This document shows positions 21,741 to 30,431 of a stretch of 64,000 nucleotides of DNA, piece by piece. A program made the position numbers and the translations under genes. Source of the DNA: Candidatus Omnitrophota bacterium. Lineage in GTDB: Bacteria > Omnitrophota > Gorgyraeia > Zapsychrales > Zapsychraceae. The DNA is taken from positions 82,818 through 146,817 of the forward strand of contig JAJDCA010000037.1 in NCBI GenBank assembly GCA_029261055.1, read 5' to 3'. Every line of letters starts with the position of its first letter. The first letter of the stretch is position 1. The notes below the pieces were generated by a model. That model was given only the letters and a program-made list of their open reading frames with translations. It had not been told where the DNA came from and ran no database searches.

Positions 21741-22484
21741 TTATTTGGATTTAGCAACACGTTTTTTCTTCGTGGCTGCTTTCTTTTTTGTCGCTTTCTT
21801 TTTAGTGGTTTTCTTCGCAGCTTTTCTTTTTGTCTTTCTACTATTTTTCTTGGTGTTCTTCTTCTTAACCTCTTCATTTAGGCGATCAACAAATTCTATC
21901 TCTGCCCATTCACCTGCAATCTCTTCTGGTAATTTATATTCGTAAAAATATGCTTCCTTGTGTATTAATGACATTTGATCTGGGTCTTCAGATACAAACC
22001 TCTTATATGCCTCCATGTCTTTGAAAAATCTATCACCAGAATCTTTTACGATGCAGCACCTAGCGATAAAAGTATGCATTTTCTGTTCTGTAGCCAACCC
22101 TTCGGCTGTATTAGCAAATAGCTCTTGTTTGTCTCCAATCTTAGACATCATTTCAGCACGTATTGTATTAATATTAGATGCCAATTGAAGCGACTCTGGA
22201 TCTGTTGGATCGCTGGCACGCAGAACCACTTCAAGCTGTGCTATATTTTGTGCAAACTCTCGTATCTCTTTGTCGTGCTGCTCTGTCCATGTTCCAGACT
22301 CATTATGAATACGTCTAGCTTGAATCTCTGTCATTATCCCTTTACGTATTGCTTCTGAATATATTATTCTATATGTTTTATCTACCTCGAATAGGTCTTC
22401 CTGATCTGGAGAACTAAAACATAGATTTAAATCTTGGTTATCTATCGTTACTGAAAACATTCTGCTTTTTGAATCCTTAGACAT
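21741..22484 (-). CDS. Putative tail assembly chaperone with Lys-rich tail
   Basis: Lies just before the TMP; paralogous to 22785..23867 (GIMTE..WTE..D.EIR; KQELF). Confidence 0.65.
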   Translation of the reverse strand: MSKDSKSRMFSVTIDNQDLNLCFSSPDQEDLFEVDKTYRIIYSEAIRKGIMTEIQARRIHNESGTWTEQHDKEIREFAQNIAQLEVVLRASDPTDPESLQLASNINTIRAEMMSKIGDKQELFANTAEGLATEQKMHTFIARCCIVKDSGDRFFKDMEAYKRFVSEDPDQMSLIHKEAYFYEYKLPEEIAGEWAEIEFVDRLNEEVKKKNTKKNSRKTKRKAAKKTTKKKATKKKAATKKKRVAKSK

Positions 22485-22785
22485 TTTTGCCTCCCTTATA
22501 CTCTACCGTTCCTTTGTTGATTTTAAACTCTATAGATTCAGATTTTCTTTCTATGGAGTATTTTGAATCAACCAATTCTTCTAGGTTCCTTATTGCATCA
22601 TTTCCAACACGCAATATTTTTGCTCTTATGTTTTGATACCCTTCAAAGTCAGAGCCAAACCTAATTTCCACAGCCTCTAATGCAGATATAAAAACTTCTT
22701 TTATTGATTTTTCTATATCTATTTTTAAAAGATCAGATGCAGCATTATTTCTAATATTTTTAGAAGATTGTTGCTTCTTGCTCAT
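22477..22785 (-). CDS. Hypothetical protein in the tail chaperone cluster
   Basis: Start moved to ATG 22785 (GGAGG RBS, TAATG overlap); MSKKQQ... Confidence 0.7.
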   Translation of the reverse strand: MSKKQQSSKNIRNNAASDLLKIDIEKSIKEVFISALEAVEIRFGSDFEGYQNIRAKILRVGNDAIRNLEELVDSKYSIERKSESIEFKINKGTVEYKGGKNV

Positions 22786-23867
22786 TACTTTCCTCCATCC
22801 ATCGTTTGTACATATTCCTTTCCTCTGAGTTGCCACTCAGTCATTCTTTTGCCAGACTTTTTAATTCTTTCGTTTTCTGATTGTAGCTTTTTACGAACAT
22901 CACTAGTATTCATTTGTTGTACTCTCTGAACAGTATCTTTGTCTTGTTCGTCAACCATTATAAATTGCTCTTGCGTGGCACCAGTCGTCCTCCCTTTGCG
23001 TTGTGTATTTTGTGGCTGTCTACTACTATCTTTATTGTTGCCAAATTTCTTATTCTTCAATTGATCATTGACCCAGGCATCACACGAGTCATCGTCGTCT
23101 ATAATTAGCTGAGATGGCCTATCTGGACTTTCAAATACATAGTCATAAAATTGAGACCAGTATACTAGTGAATTTTGCATTTCTGACCATTCGGAAATTG
23201 GCTTTCCAAACAAATCAATACCGTTTTTTGAAGCATTCCATTTAAATCTCCACTGACCACTGCGTGCCATTTCCCTTACTTCTGACTCTGGAAACATGTT
23301 ATGGTTATAATATGCTAGTGCTAGACTAAATATTAAATCAATGTCACACTCTTTAAGAAAATTAGATTCATTTTCCCACAGTTGATCACCATTCATATCT
23401 TCTGTAGACATCATCACCATATATCTACGACTTATCTCCATTGCTCTAGTTTCTGCACTACAGTTAAAAAGTTGCTGCTTTATTTTATTCCTGTCACTAA
23501 TCGTCTGCTCGTTTTCAATTAATTTTTTTCTTAGTTGTTTTTGTTTTACTGGAAAGAATTCTGAGTCTTTTATCTGTGACCTTATAAGAGTGTTTTTCTT
23601 ATCTAATATTCTTATTTCTGCATCATCTGCTTCAGTCCATATTCTATTATCAGAATATAGCTTATCCAGCTCTTTATCGGTCATTATCCCACTATCAATA
23701 CCTGACTGGAATTCTCGTTCGTAAATATGATGTATGAAATTACTCTCTGCGATTGTGAGAGATCTAAGGATAAATGTTGACTCTTGTAAAGATTTATCTT
23801 TTATGAGAACAATTGATTTGCCCCACAAAATCTTATCTAGATTCTGAGTAATCTTTTGATGAATCAT
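22785..23867 (-). CDS. Putative tail assembly chaperone, long paralog
   Basis: 360 aa between the tube and TMP genes; N-terminal half paralogous to 21741..22484. Confidence 0.65.
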   Translation of the reverse strand: MIHQKITQNLDKILWGKSIVLIKDKSLQESTFILRSLTIAESNFIHHIYEREFQSGIDSGIMTDKELDKLYSDNRIWTEADDAEIRILDKKNTLIRSQIKDSEFFPVKQKQLRKKLIENEQTISDRNKIKQQLFNCSAETRAMEISRRYMVMMSTEDMNGDQLWENESNFLKECDIDLIFSLALAYYNHNMFPESEVREMARSGQWRFKWNASKNGIDLFGKPISEWSEMQNSLVYWSQFYDYVFESPDRPSQLIIDDDDSCDAWVNDQLKNKKFGNNKDSSRQPQNTQRKGRTTGATQEQFIMVDEQDKDTVQRVQQMNTSDVRKKLQSENERIKKSGKRMTEWQLRGKEYVQTMDGGK

Positions 23868-23885
23868 GTACCTTGCCTTAGAGTT

Positions 23886-23916
23886 TGGCTCCTAAATATT
23901 GTCTATCTAGGAGCCA
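23886..23916. promoter_or_regulatory. Intergenic hairpin between the tail tube and chaperone genes
   Basis: TGGCTCCTA-13nt-TAGGAGCCA, a perfect 9-bp inverted repeat; no U-tract on the minus strand. Confidence 0.5.
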
Positions 23917-23947
23917 CTTACCTTTTTCTAATCTGTCAACTCACTAG

Positions 23948-25192
23948 TTATTGAGAAGATGGATTAAAATCAAATCTACCTGTAAAACCAGTATGAGTAA
24001 TAGTCAATGAGTTACTATTAGTATATTCAAAATTAGTAGTACCGTTTCCACCACCGGCGTCAAAACCATCAAATGTGACACTTGATAATTTATTTTTAGT
24101 ACCAAGATTTATTGTTAGTCCAGAATCAGTAGCAAGTATAATTGTTCTATTTGTTAGGTTGGAGCTACCATCTCCCACGGCATTAACCAAGTCACCCTTG
24201 TCTGTAATTGCTTCAAAAGTAGTTGTTACCGTTACTGGGAACTGAACCGCTCTAAAGAATGGTGTTTTCGAACCAAGTTCAAATATATCTTCGCGGGTAA
24301 TGTCTACGCTTACTTCAATTGATTGCAAGTGGTCTGCACCAGGAACATCTCCTGGCAAGGTTGATCCCGCAACATCGAAGTTTTCAGACCTTAGTACACC
24401 GGACCCAACGATTGTTGCATCGAATGAATCTGAAGTAGGGAATATACCAGATGGTACACCCTCTTGTCCTCCCCATGTTTTATCATTACCAACGAGAGAA
24501 ATAGACTCGGTAAAGTTACCGTCTGTTGGGAAACTTAGGGTGTATGAACTAATAAACATACCAGAAGCAACTACTGTTGAATCAGGTGTACCCTCTGCAC
24601 TATCTTGTACATCTGGATAAACGCTTACTGCTAAATCTGCCTTGTAACCGGCAGTACGACCCTTAAGTGAAGTGAAATCTGGGTCAGTTACCATTAACCA
24701 AAATGGCTTAGTTCCGTCTAATACTCGTTCTGCTGTTACTTCAACTTCTGGAATACCTTCAACATTTTCATAAGCGTCAAGCTGACCTAAATGAAAAACA
24801 TCTTCTAAGTTAAAGGTGGTTGTAAATCCGGCAGACTGTACACCAAATGGTACTTCCCAGCCCTGAACTGCTGCTACGGCAGCGGTATCGTGACTCACGG
24901 CGGTAGTTCCGGCTGCTCCGCGCTCAATACCAGACGGAACCGTTGAAGACAAGAAACTACTATAACGGATTAATTCAGTTGTATCGGTTCCCGATGGCAC
25001 AACTGCAAACATACCAGAATCAGGCCAAATTCCTGAAACTGCGGTATCCATTTCAATAAATGTATCAGTTGGAAGAATAGATGCTGTAAGACTGCGTGTA
25101 GGGGCAGATCCAGCAATGTAACTAGTAGCATCAACACGATTGTCCTTAATGGAAAGTTGCACAGTCGCATAGATAATTCTATTGTTAGTCAT
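23948..25192 (-). CDS. Major tail tube protein
   Basis: Position in the operon; two internal tube-like repeats (VQSAGFTTTFNLEDVFHLG / LQSIEVSVDITREDIFELG); inserted ..RGAAGTTAVSH.. domain. Confidence 0.8.
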   Translation of the reverse strand: MTNNRIIYATVQLSIKDNRVDATSYIAGSAPTRSLTASILPTDTFIEMDTAVSGIWPDSGMFAVVPSGTDTTELIRYSSFLSSTVPSGIERGAAGTTAVSHDTAAVAAVQGWEVPFGVQSAGFTTTFNLEDVFHLGQLDAYENVEGIPEVEVTAERVLDGTKPFWLMVTDPDFTSLKGRTAGYKADLAVSVYPDVQDSAEGTPDSTVVASGMFISSYTLSFPTDGNFTESISLVGNDKTWGGQEGVPSGIFPTSDSFDATIVGSGVLRSENFDVAGSTLPGDVPGADHLQSIEVSVDITREDIFELGSKTPFFRAVQFPVTVTTTFEAITDKGDLVNAVGDGSSNLTNRTIILATDSGLTINLGTKNKLSSVTFDGFDAGGGNGTTNFEYTNSNSLTITHTGFTGRFDFNPSSQ

Positions 25193-25300
25193 GTAAGTTC
25201 TCCTTGTAAAAGGTTTTATGTGACTCGTTTATATTTTAGTGCTCACTAAAAACCATAATTTTGCCAATTTGACAATACATGATTTACTAGTTCTAAGGCT

Positions 25301-25313
25301 ATTATATAATACG
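25301..25313 (-). promoter_or_regulatory. Putative late promoter motif CGTATTATATAAT
   Basis: Intergenic, upstream of the tail tube gene; one of seven similar copies. Confidence 0.65.
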
Positions 25314-25322
25314 TTCTTTTGA

Positions 25323-26204
25323 TTATCCGCCACTTGGCAGATAGAAAGTTAAATTCCAGTCAACCCTTGCCCTGTGAAACCCATAAAACACATTGTTGTT
25401 TTCTACAACCCTTGTGGAGTCTATATAAAGCTTCTCCCACTTCAATGCATTATTCGCCTGCATATTCGTAAAATTCTCATACGTTGATGCTCTATCACCG
25501 TTTGATGTAAATAATACTGGTGTTTTGTTAAAATCTACACCCTGTATTACCTTCCTATCACTTCTAGTTGATAGCTGGTCAACTATCCGGTTCATTTGTC
25601 TTCTACTATTGGCTAAAACATGAAATACCACCTGTTGTGCTATCTCTGTCCCTCCTCCTAACTGATGTGGTGAACTTGTTCTGTTCTGTAAATCAATAAC
25701 AACTACTGGTAATTGCGTAATAAACCCAGATGGAACAGAGACGTTGGTGCCCACTACATTATCTTTAAATTCCGAAAATAGCGCTGGCGATAGAAAAGTA
25801 TCGGGGAAATCGAAGTGTGTTTCCTTGTAGCTGAATACCGCTTCGACCGTAGATGTTTCTGGTATATTTACTCCGAAAACAACGCCGCCGCCATTAAAGT
25901 CTATCTCTGGCAAATATGTTCCACTGCCGCGAGGCTGAAATACACCATCAACCGTTACGCCGCTAACATTTACTGTCTCAAATCCTGTTACGCCACTAGC
26001 ATCCGTCTCTAAAACCCAGTCATTAAAGAAACTTTCGTATTTTGTTGATGTTATTCGTGTAAGTACGTCTGAACGCTGTCCACCAATGCGAAGTTGTCCA
26101 CTTGCTATATTTTGGTATAGCCCATTGTCAATAAATTCACGCTCAAGATGAGACTTGATGTTTAGTTCTACTTGTGCAGAGTTATCGTATCTTCTTATGG
26201 GCAC
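25323..26204 (-). CDS. Putative tail terminator/completion protein
   Basis: Just upstream of the tube gene; LPVVVIDLQ..QVVFHVLANS..RIVDQL pattern. Confidence 0.6.
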   Translation of the reverse strand: MPIRRYDNSAQVELNIKSHLEREFIDNGLYQNIASGQLRIGGQRSDVLTRITSTKYESFFNDWVLETDASGVTGFETVNVSGVTVDGVFQPRGSGTYLPEIDFNGGGVVFGVNIPETSTVEAVFSYKETHFDFPDTFLSPALFSEFKDNVVGTNVSVPSGFITQLPVVVIDLQNRTSSPHQLGGGTEIAQQVVFHVLANSRRQMNRIVDQLSTRSDRKVIQGVDFNKTPVLFTSNGDRASTYENFTNMQANNALKWEKLYIDSTRVVENNNVFYGFHRARVDWNLTFYLPSGG

Positions 26205-26209
26205 CTTAC

Positions 26210-26857
26210 TTATCTCCTGCGTCTTCTTAAGACAACGCCGAATCCTCTCTCGAATTCAGATTTACTAAACCTTTCCCCAATTGTTTCTAGTACTCTTGTT
26301 GGACTAAATTCCCAGAATCCAGAGCTAGACTTTCTCATTATTCCTTTTTTACTACGACTAAATCTCTTTGATGCTGCATTACTTCCAACATCTTCAAAGC
26401 TATACCCTCTCACTACGGCACCGTTCTCTAGCCAGTCAATCCATGAAATCGTTTCTGTTAGTTCAAATTGGCCGGTTGTTCTATCAAGCCGCGTCAAATC
26501 ATGCTGTGCTAGCGGGTGATCTTTTAACCTGTCAAAGTCTACCCACTCCAATATAGCCGCAAATTTAGTATTACTTTGTGTGACTTTTAGTGTGGTTATC
26601 TTTTCACTTCCTGGTGTTAGTAGTGCTAAAATCTTGCTTAAATCTCTAACTTCCTCTTGTGTGAACCCAAATTCACCAACTAGTCTTCCGCTCAAGTCAC
26701 GAAACTCCTGAGAATTAGCAAAAGTGTCTCTCAGTATTTCAGATTGTTTCATCAAAAATGATTCGGAGTCCTTTACTATTAACTCCATTTTTTTATTAAT
26801 ATTCTTTTGAAGAAATTCCTCAAACTGTCTTTCATTTGTTATTTTTATTTTTGCCAT
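26210..26857 (-). CDS. Putative neck / tail completion protein
   Basis: Start moved to ATG 26857 (TAATG overlap); neck position; WIDWLENG motif. Confidence 0.55.
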   Translation of the reverse strand: MAKIKITNERQFEEFLQKNINKKMELIVKDSESFLMKQSEILRDTFANSQEFRDLSGRLVGEFGFTQEEVRDLSKILALLTPGSEKITTLKVTQSNTKFAAILEWVDFDRLKDHPLAQHDLTRLDRTTGQFELTETISWIDWLENGAVVRGYSFEDVGSNAASKRFSRSKKGIMRKSSSGFWEFSPTRVLETIGERFSKSEFERGFGVVLRRRRR

Positions 26858-27387
26858 TATTGTAACTTTTGCCACCATGCTCTTACGTGACTGCGTGACT
26901 GTAGCCCTGTTTTCACTGGCTCTCTAATTAGTGCGTAAAATTCTCCTTCAATTCTGGCCTTGACTGACCTCTGAATATCACTAAATGCAACTACCTGCAT
27001 TTTGGTTCTAACCAATTGCGCTGGATCGCGACCAGTAGCCTCAAATTCAATATCCTTTGGATTGTATTTTAATAAAGCTGTATAATCTTGAGAACTTTCA
27101 TCTTCTACTTTGTTAGACCCTTTGCATACTGGACATTGTGCAAATTCTGGAAATGGTATGTTGAATTCTCCATTTAATGCAAACGGATTATTTGTATCTG
27201 TATAAACGCCATCTGAGGCACCATCTGGTCCTCTAGAGCAGTTAGGGCATCCTGATGCTGTAGGTTCAAAAAACAGTGTTACTGTATATCCAAGATCTGA
27301 TACTAGTTGATCAATACTAGATTCGAACTCTTGTTGTAATTCTGGACTTACGAATAGTCCTTTCGTTGGTAGGTTTTCTTCAGCCAT
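26857..27387 (-). CDS. Putative head closure protein with Zn finger
   Basis: CPNC...CPVCKG; position after the adaptor gene. Confidence 0.6.
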   Translation of the reverse strand: MAEENLPTKGLFVSPELQQEFESSIDQLVSDLGYTVTLFFEPTASGCPNCSRGPDGASDGVYTDTNNPFALNGEFNIPFPEFAQCPVCKGSNKVEDESSQDYTALLKYNPKDIEFEATGRDPAQLVRTKMQVVAFSDIQRSVKARIEGEFYALIREPVKTGLQSRSHVRAWWQKLQ

Positions 27388-27399
27388 TATAGTCTCCTA

Positions 27400-28245
27400 T
27401 TAATGTCTATACCCGAATCCATCAAATGGACTGGTCCAATCTCGCTGATTTCCATTGCCTTCACCACTATGGTCAGAATCAGTTATGACTTTAGAGTTGT
27501 CGTATGTTATTAGTGCTCCATGTTCTCCAGCACCCTGAGTATTATCGTTTGCCAAATAGTCTACTATGGCTCTATCTAATTCGGAACATATAGATTTTAC
27601 AATATCTTTATTGGCTCCAAGTCCTGCTGTTTTATCAATTTCAGAATCGCCATCTTTAACTCTGATGCTGCCACCCAAAGAATCACTATATCTTTGTTGT
27701 GCCATTAAGCATTCCATTTGCAATACAATTAAATCCTGTATGCTTGAATTAGGTGCTGGCGTTATGGCTCCTGTTGTTTGACTAATACTAAGCTCTGATA
27801 CTGTTCCTGTAAAATTAAGCCTACGATTGAGGCGATTAAGCGCCTTTTCTGTAAATATTTCTAATTCATTGTCAGTAAACTTATCGTCTGCTACTGCTAA
27901 ATCTAACTTTACTTGTCCTGTGATGTCATCTATGTTTGTAAATGCTGTTTCCATAGAGGTAGCAACAACGAAATCTTCAGATGCAGTGTTAGTAACACCG
28001 GCAGGAGATGTAACGGTCCATGTTATGCGCCAACCATTAACCGCATGTCCAGACGGCATAACGCCAAAATCTCTAGCATCATAATGACCTGTACTGCGTC
28101 TAAATCCCGCTACACCCGATGGTGAGAGCGTTCCACTTGCAGGAGAAATTATATTGAATACTATCGCCGATGGGTCTGTTAATACCCCACCAAAGCGGGT
28201 AAAGATGTCTAGACCGCTAGGCGCAGCTCCTACTACTATATTCAT
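27400..28245 (-). CDS. Putative head-tail adaptor with N-terminal Ig-like domain
   Basis: VKLDL..FTDNELEIF..ALNRLN and IRVKDGDSEID patterns; located after the MCP. Confidence 0.6.
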   Translation of the reverse strand: MNIVVGAAPSGLDIFTRFGGVLTDPSAIVFNIISPASGTLSPSGVAGFRRSTGHYDARDFGVMPSGHAVNGWRITWTVTSPAGVTNTASEDFVVATSMETAFTNIDDITGQVKLDLAVADDKFTDNELEIFTEKALNRLNRRLNFTGTVSELSISQTTGAITPAPNSSIQDLIVLQMECLMAQQRYSDSLGGSIRVKDGDSEIDKTAGLGANKDIVKSICSELDRAIVDYLANDNTQGAGEHGALITYDNSKVITDSDHSGEGNGNQRDWTSPFDGFGYRH

Positions 28246-28272
28246 TATGTCTCCTAGCTATATATTGATAAT

Positions 28273-28695
28273 TTAGCCTGTAAATGTTAGTGTCATTCCA
28301 GTTGGGCCAGATACTCCGCTGCCAGAGAAATCAGCAAACTTCAGCGTTGCATAGTCTGTTAGTGGAATATCCTCATTTACACTTGCTTTAAACCCACTAG
28401 GAATCGTTGCGCGAAATCTAATGTAGTACGTTTGATCTAGTAACTGTTGTCCAAAATCAGAAGGGTTGAAAGATCGTCTATAAAGTCCATTGTCACTAGG
28501 TACTTCTGTCATTATTGCGAGTCCAGATGCGGGTGAAGATGCTACAAATGTATTGTTTGACCAGTCAGCTATGAAATCATCGCTATTTCTGTACAGCTCT
28601 AATGTTGGGTTTATGCCAGAAACCGCAACAAAATTGTGTTGAACTGATAACATTAGTGGAATTGTGCTGCTGTCTTTTGGCCAAAGTATTTGCAT
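28273..28695 (-). CDS. Small Ig-like virion protein
   Basis: 140 aa, beta-rich, GLYRRSF motif, 6 SG. Confidence 0.6.
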   Translation of the reverse strand: MQILWPKDSSTIPLMLSVQHNFVAVSGINPTLELYRNSDDFIADWSNNTFVASSPASGLAIMTEVPSDNGLYRRSFNPSDFGQQLLDQTYYIRFRATIPSGFKASVNEDIPLTDYATLKFADFSGSGVSGPTGMTLTFTG

Positions 28696-28717
28696 TTAAT
28701 CTCCAGAGTAAATTTAT

Positions 28718-28744
28718 ACAATAATATACGAATATTGTAATACG
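28718..28744 (-). promoter_or_regulatory. Two tandem putative late promoter motifs
   Basis: CGTATTACAATAT (28732-28744) and CGTATATTATTGT (28718-28730), upstream of the neck genes. Confidence 0.6.
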
Positions 28745-28775
28745 CTAACCTAGTACAGCTTTGACCCTATATCAA

Positions 28776-28818
28776 AAAATAAAAGTACACGAGTTAATTG
28801 CCCATGTACTTTTATTTT
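28776..28818 (-). terminator. Rho-independent terminator after the major capsid gene
   Basis: AAAATAAAAGTACA...TGTACTTTTATTTT inverted repeat with a T-tract. Confidence 0.7.
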
Positions 28819-28844
28819 ATTTTGTCAATTATAATAATGACTTA

Positions 28845-29876
28845 TTATAGGGCACCCAATAGGGTTCTGCGACTATCTAGAACGGCAAGACCAAATTCTG
28901 CCCAACCATAGACTCCACCCTTCATTTCTCTGTGAAGATCATCGGCTGAGAACATTTGCATGTCTTCTCGTACTGGCATTACAAATGAATCCCTGTTACT
29001 TAAATCTAAAGCTACACAAAACTCTTCTTTGCTTGCTGGAACAGAAACACCAAGAGTACTAACAAGATAATCTTGATACTCTTGACCAACACCAAGCTCT
29101 TGAAGTTCATGGAATCTAGTTCCAAACATTCCCATAAATGGTGCAAAACCATCACTATCCATTAAAGACTGTAAAGTGGGATCAGTTACGATTTGTCCAC
29201 CAGAAGATCCGGTATCAAAGTTTCTAATGTCAGCAATTGCCTCTGGTGATAGATAAATATCAGTCACTTTAGAATTACGACCACCGGCAAGACGCTTAAT
29301 AGCTGTTTGTAGGTTGGTAGTTAGACGTTTTGAGTAAACACCGCTAGTAGCAGCGCTATCAACTACAACTGAATTAGAGGCTCCGGCAGCCAATAGTGCG
29401 TGCCATCCGTCATCGTTGATTTTTTGAGTAAATCCATTGGTGTATATCTCAATAGCACGAGCAATAACGTCCCAGCGAGCATCGCGAGCATAGTCAAGAC
29501 CCCATGAAATTGCGTTACCAATCTTGTAGGTAATAACATGCAATTCACCACTATCAATGTTACGGTTAGGAATCGCACCTTCTTTTGGCACCACAAATGC
29601 TTTTCTAGAATCACCTTCTGAATCACTTGGCGTGTAGATATCTAGTGGAAACTTCGCGTCAGTGCCAGCTTCAAGTTGGATAGGGTCAAAAATTCCTTCC
29701 AGTGTGTCTGGTTCTAATACGCCTTGACGCCATGCTTGTTTTAAAACTTGACAAAGCGCCTTCTGATGCTCCTTTGAAACCTCGTCATTTCCAGCGGTTG
29801 CTCGAAGAAGTTCACGAGCCTTTTGATCAATTTTGAATTCTTGACCATTGATTTCAACTTTACCTTTGTTAAACAT
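28845..29876 (-). CDS. Major capsid protein (HK97 fold)
   Basis: 343 aa after the protease/scaffold and decoration genes; VPKEGAIP, ARDARWDVI, GVYGWAEFGLAVLD; strong GGAGGTG RBS; downstream terminator. Confidence 0.85.
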   Translation of the reverse strand: MFNKGKVEINGQEFKIDQKARELLRATAGNDEVSKEHQKALCQVLKQAWRQGVLEPDTLEGIFDPIQLEAGTDAKFPLDIYTPSDSEGDSRKAFVVPKEGAIPNRNIDSGELHVITYKIGNAISWGLDYARDARWDVIARAIEIYTNGFTQKINDDGWHALLAAGASNSVVVDSAATSGVYSKRLTTNLQTAIKRLAGGRNSKVTDIYLSPEAIADIRNFDTGSSGGQIVTDPTLQSLMDSDGFAPFMGMFGTRFHELQELGVGQEYQDYLVSTLGVSVPASKEEFCVALDLSNRDSFVMPVREDMQMFSADDLHREMKGGVYGWAEFGLAVLDSRRTLLGAL

Positions 29877-29927
29877 TTTATCACACCTCCAATTTAGTGT
29901 GTTTATTTCTTCAATTTAAATACTTAA

Positions 29928-30404
29928 TTACCCAGCATTATGAATGTTTAAGAACAAACGAAGCTGATTATCACTGTTTAGGGCAGCAAGTGCTCGTCCA
30001 ATAATTACTGATCCAGGCTGATTAACGTTAGATATAGAGCCATTTCCAGCACTATACAAAATTTCTCCAGCAGCATAAGTTTCGCCAGCAGTTACTTGGT
30101 CAGTTTCAATTTCACCCTGAGTAGCCAATCTAACAACACCAGAAACATAAGTTTGGCGTTTATTAAGATTTCTAGGCAACAGAGTTGTTCCAGTATCGTC
30201 TCCAGTTACAGGCAAACCGTCTGGTACAGAGCGATTAACAACGTCTTCCATTAGTAATCCGGCAATAGTATTACCAGATGCAGCTACATCCTGGATGAAT
30301 CCAGCAGTTGAAGAGTAAGCTACAAGTTGACCATCAGTTAAAACTTCCACTGCTCGGAAGTTAATGTCGTCTACAATATGATTTTCGTGTACTCCACGTC
30401 CCAT
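29928..30404 (-). CDS. Head decoration/cement protein
   Basis: 158 aa; AGLLMEDVVN, VRLATQGEIETD, AGEILYS..G, IIGRAL pattern. Confidence 0.7.
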   Translation of the reverse strand: MGRGVHENHIVDDINFRAVEVLTDGQLVAYSSTAGFIQDVAASGNTIAGLLMEDVVNRSVPDGLPVTGDDTGTTLLPRNLNKRQTYVSGVVRLATQGEIETDQVTAGETYAAGEILYSAGNGSISNVNQPGSVIIGRALAALNSDNQLRLFLNIHNAG

Positions 30405-30431
30405 GTTGTTTCCTCCAGTATTGTAATAGAA

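Noticed and set aside
23948-26204. Contractile tail sheath gene
   Set aside because: No sheath-sized gene or sheath motifs lie between the neck and tube genes.
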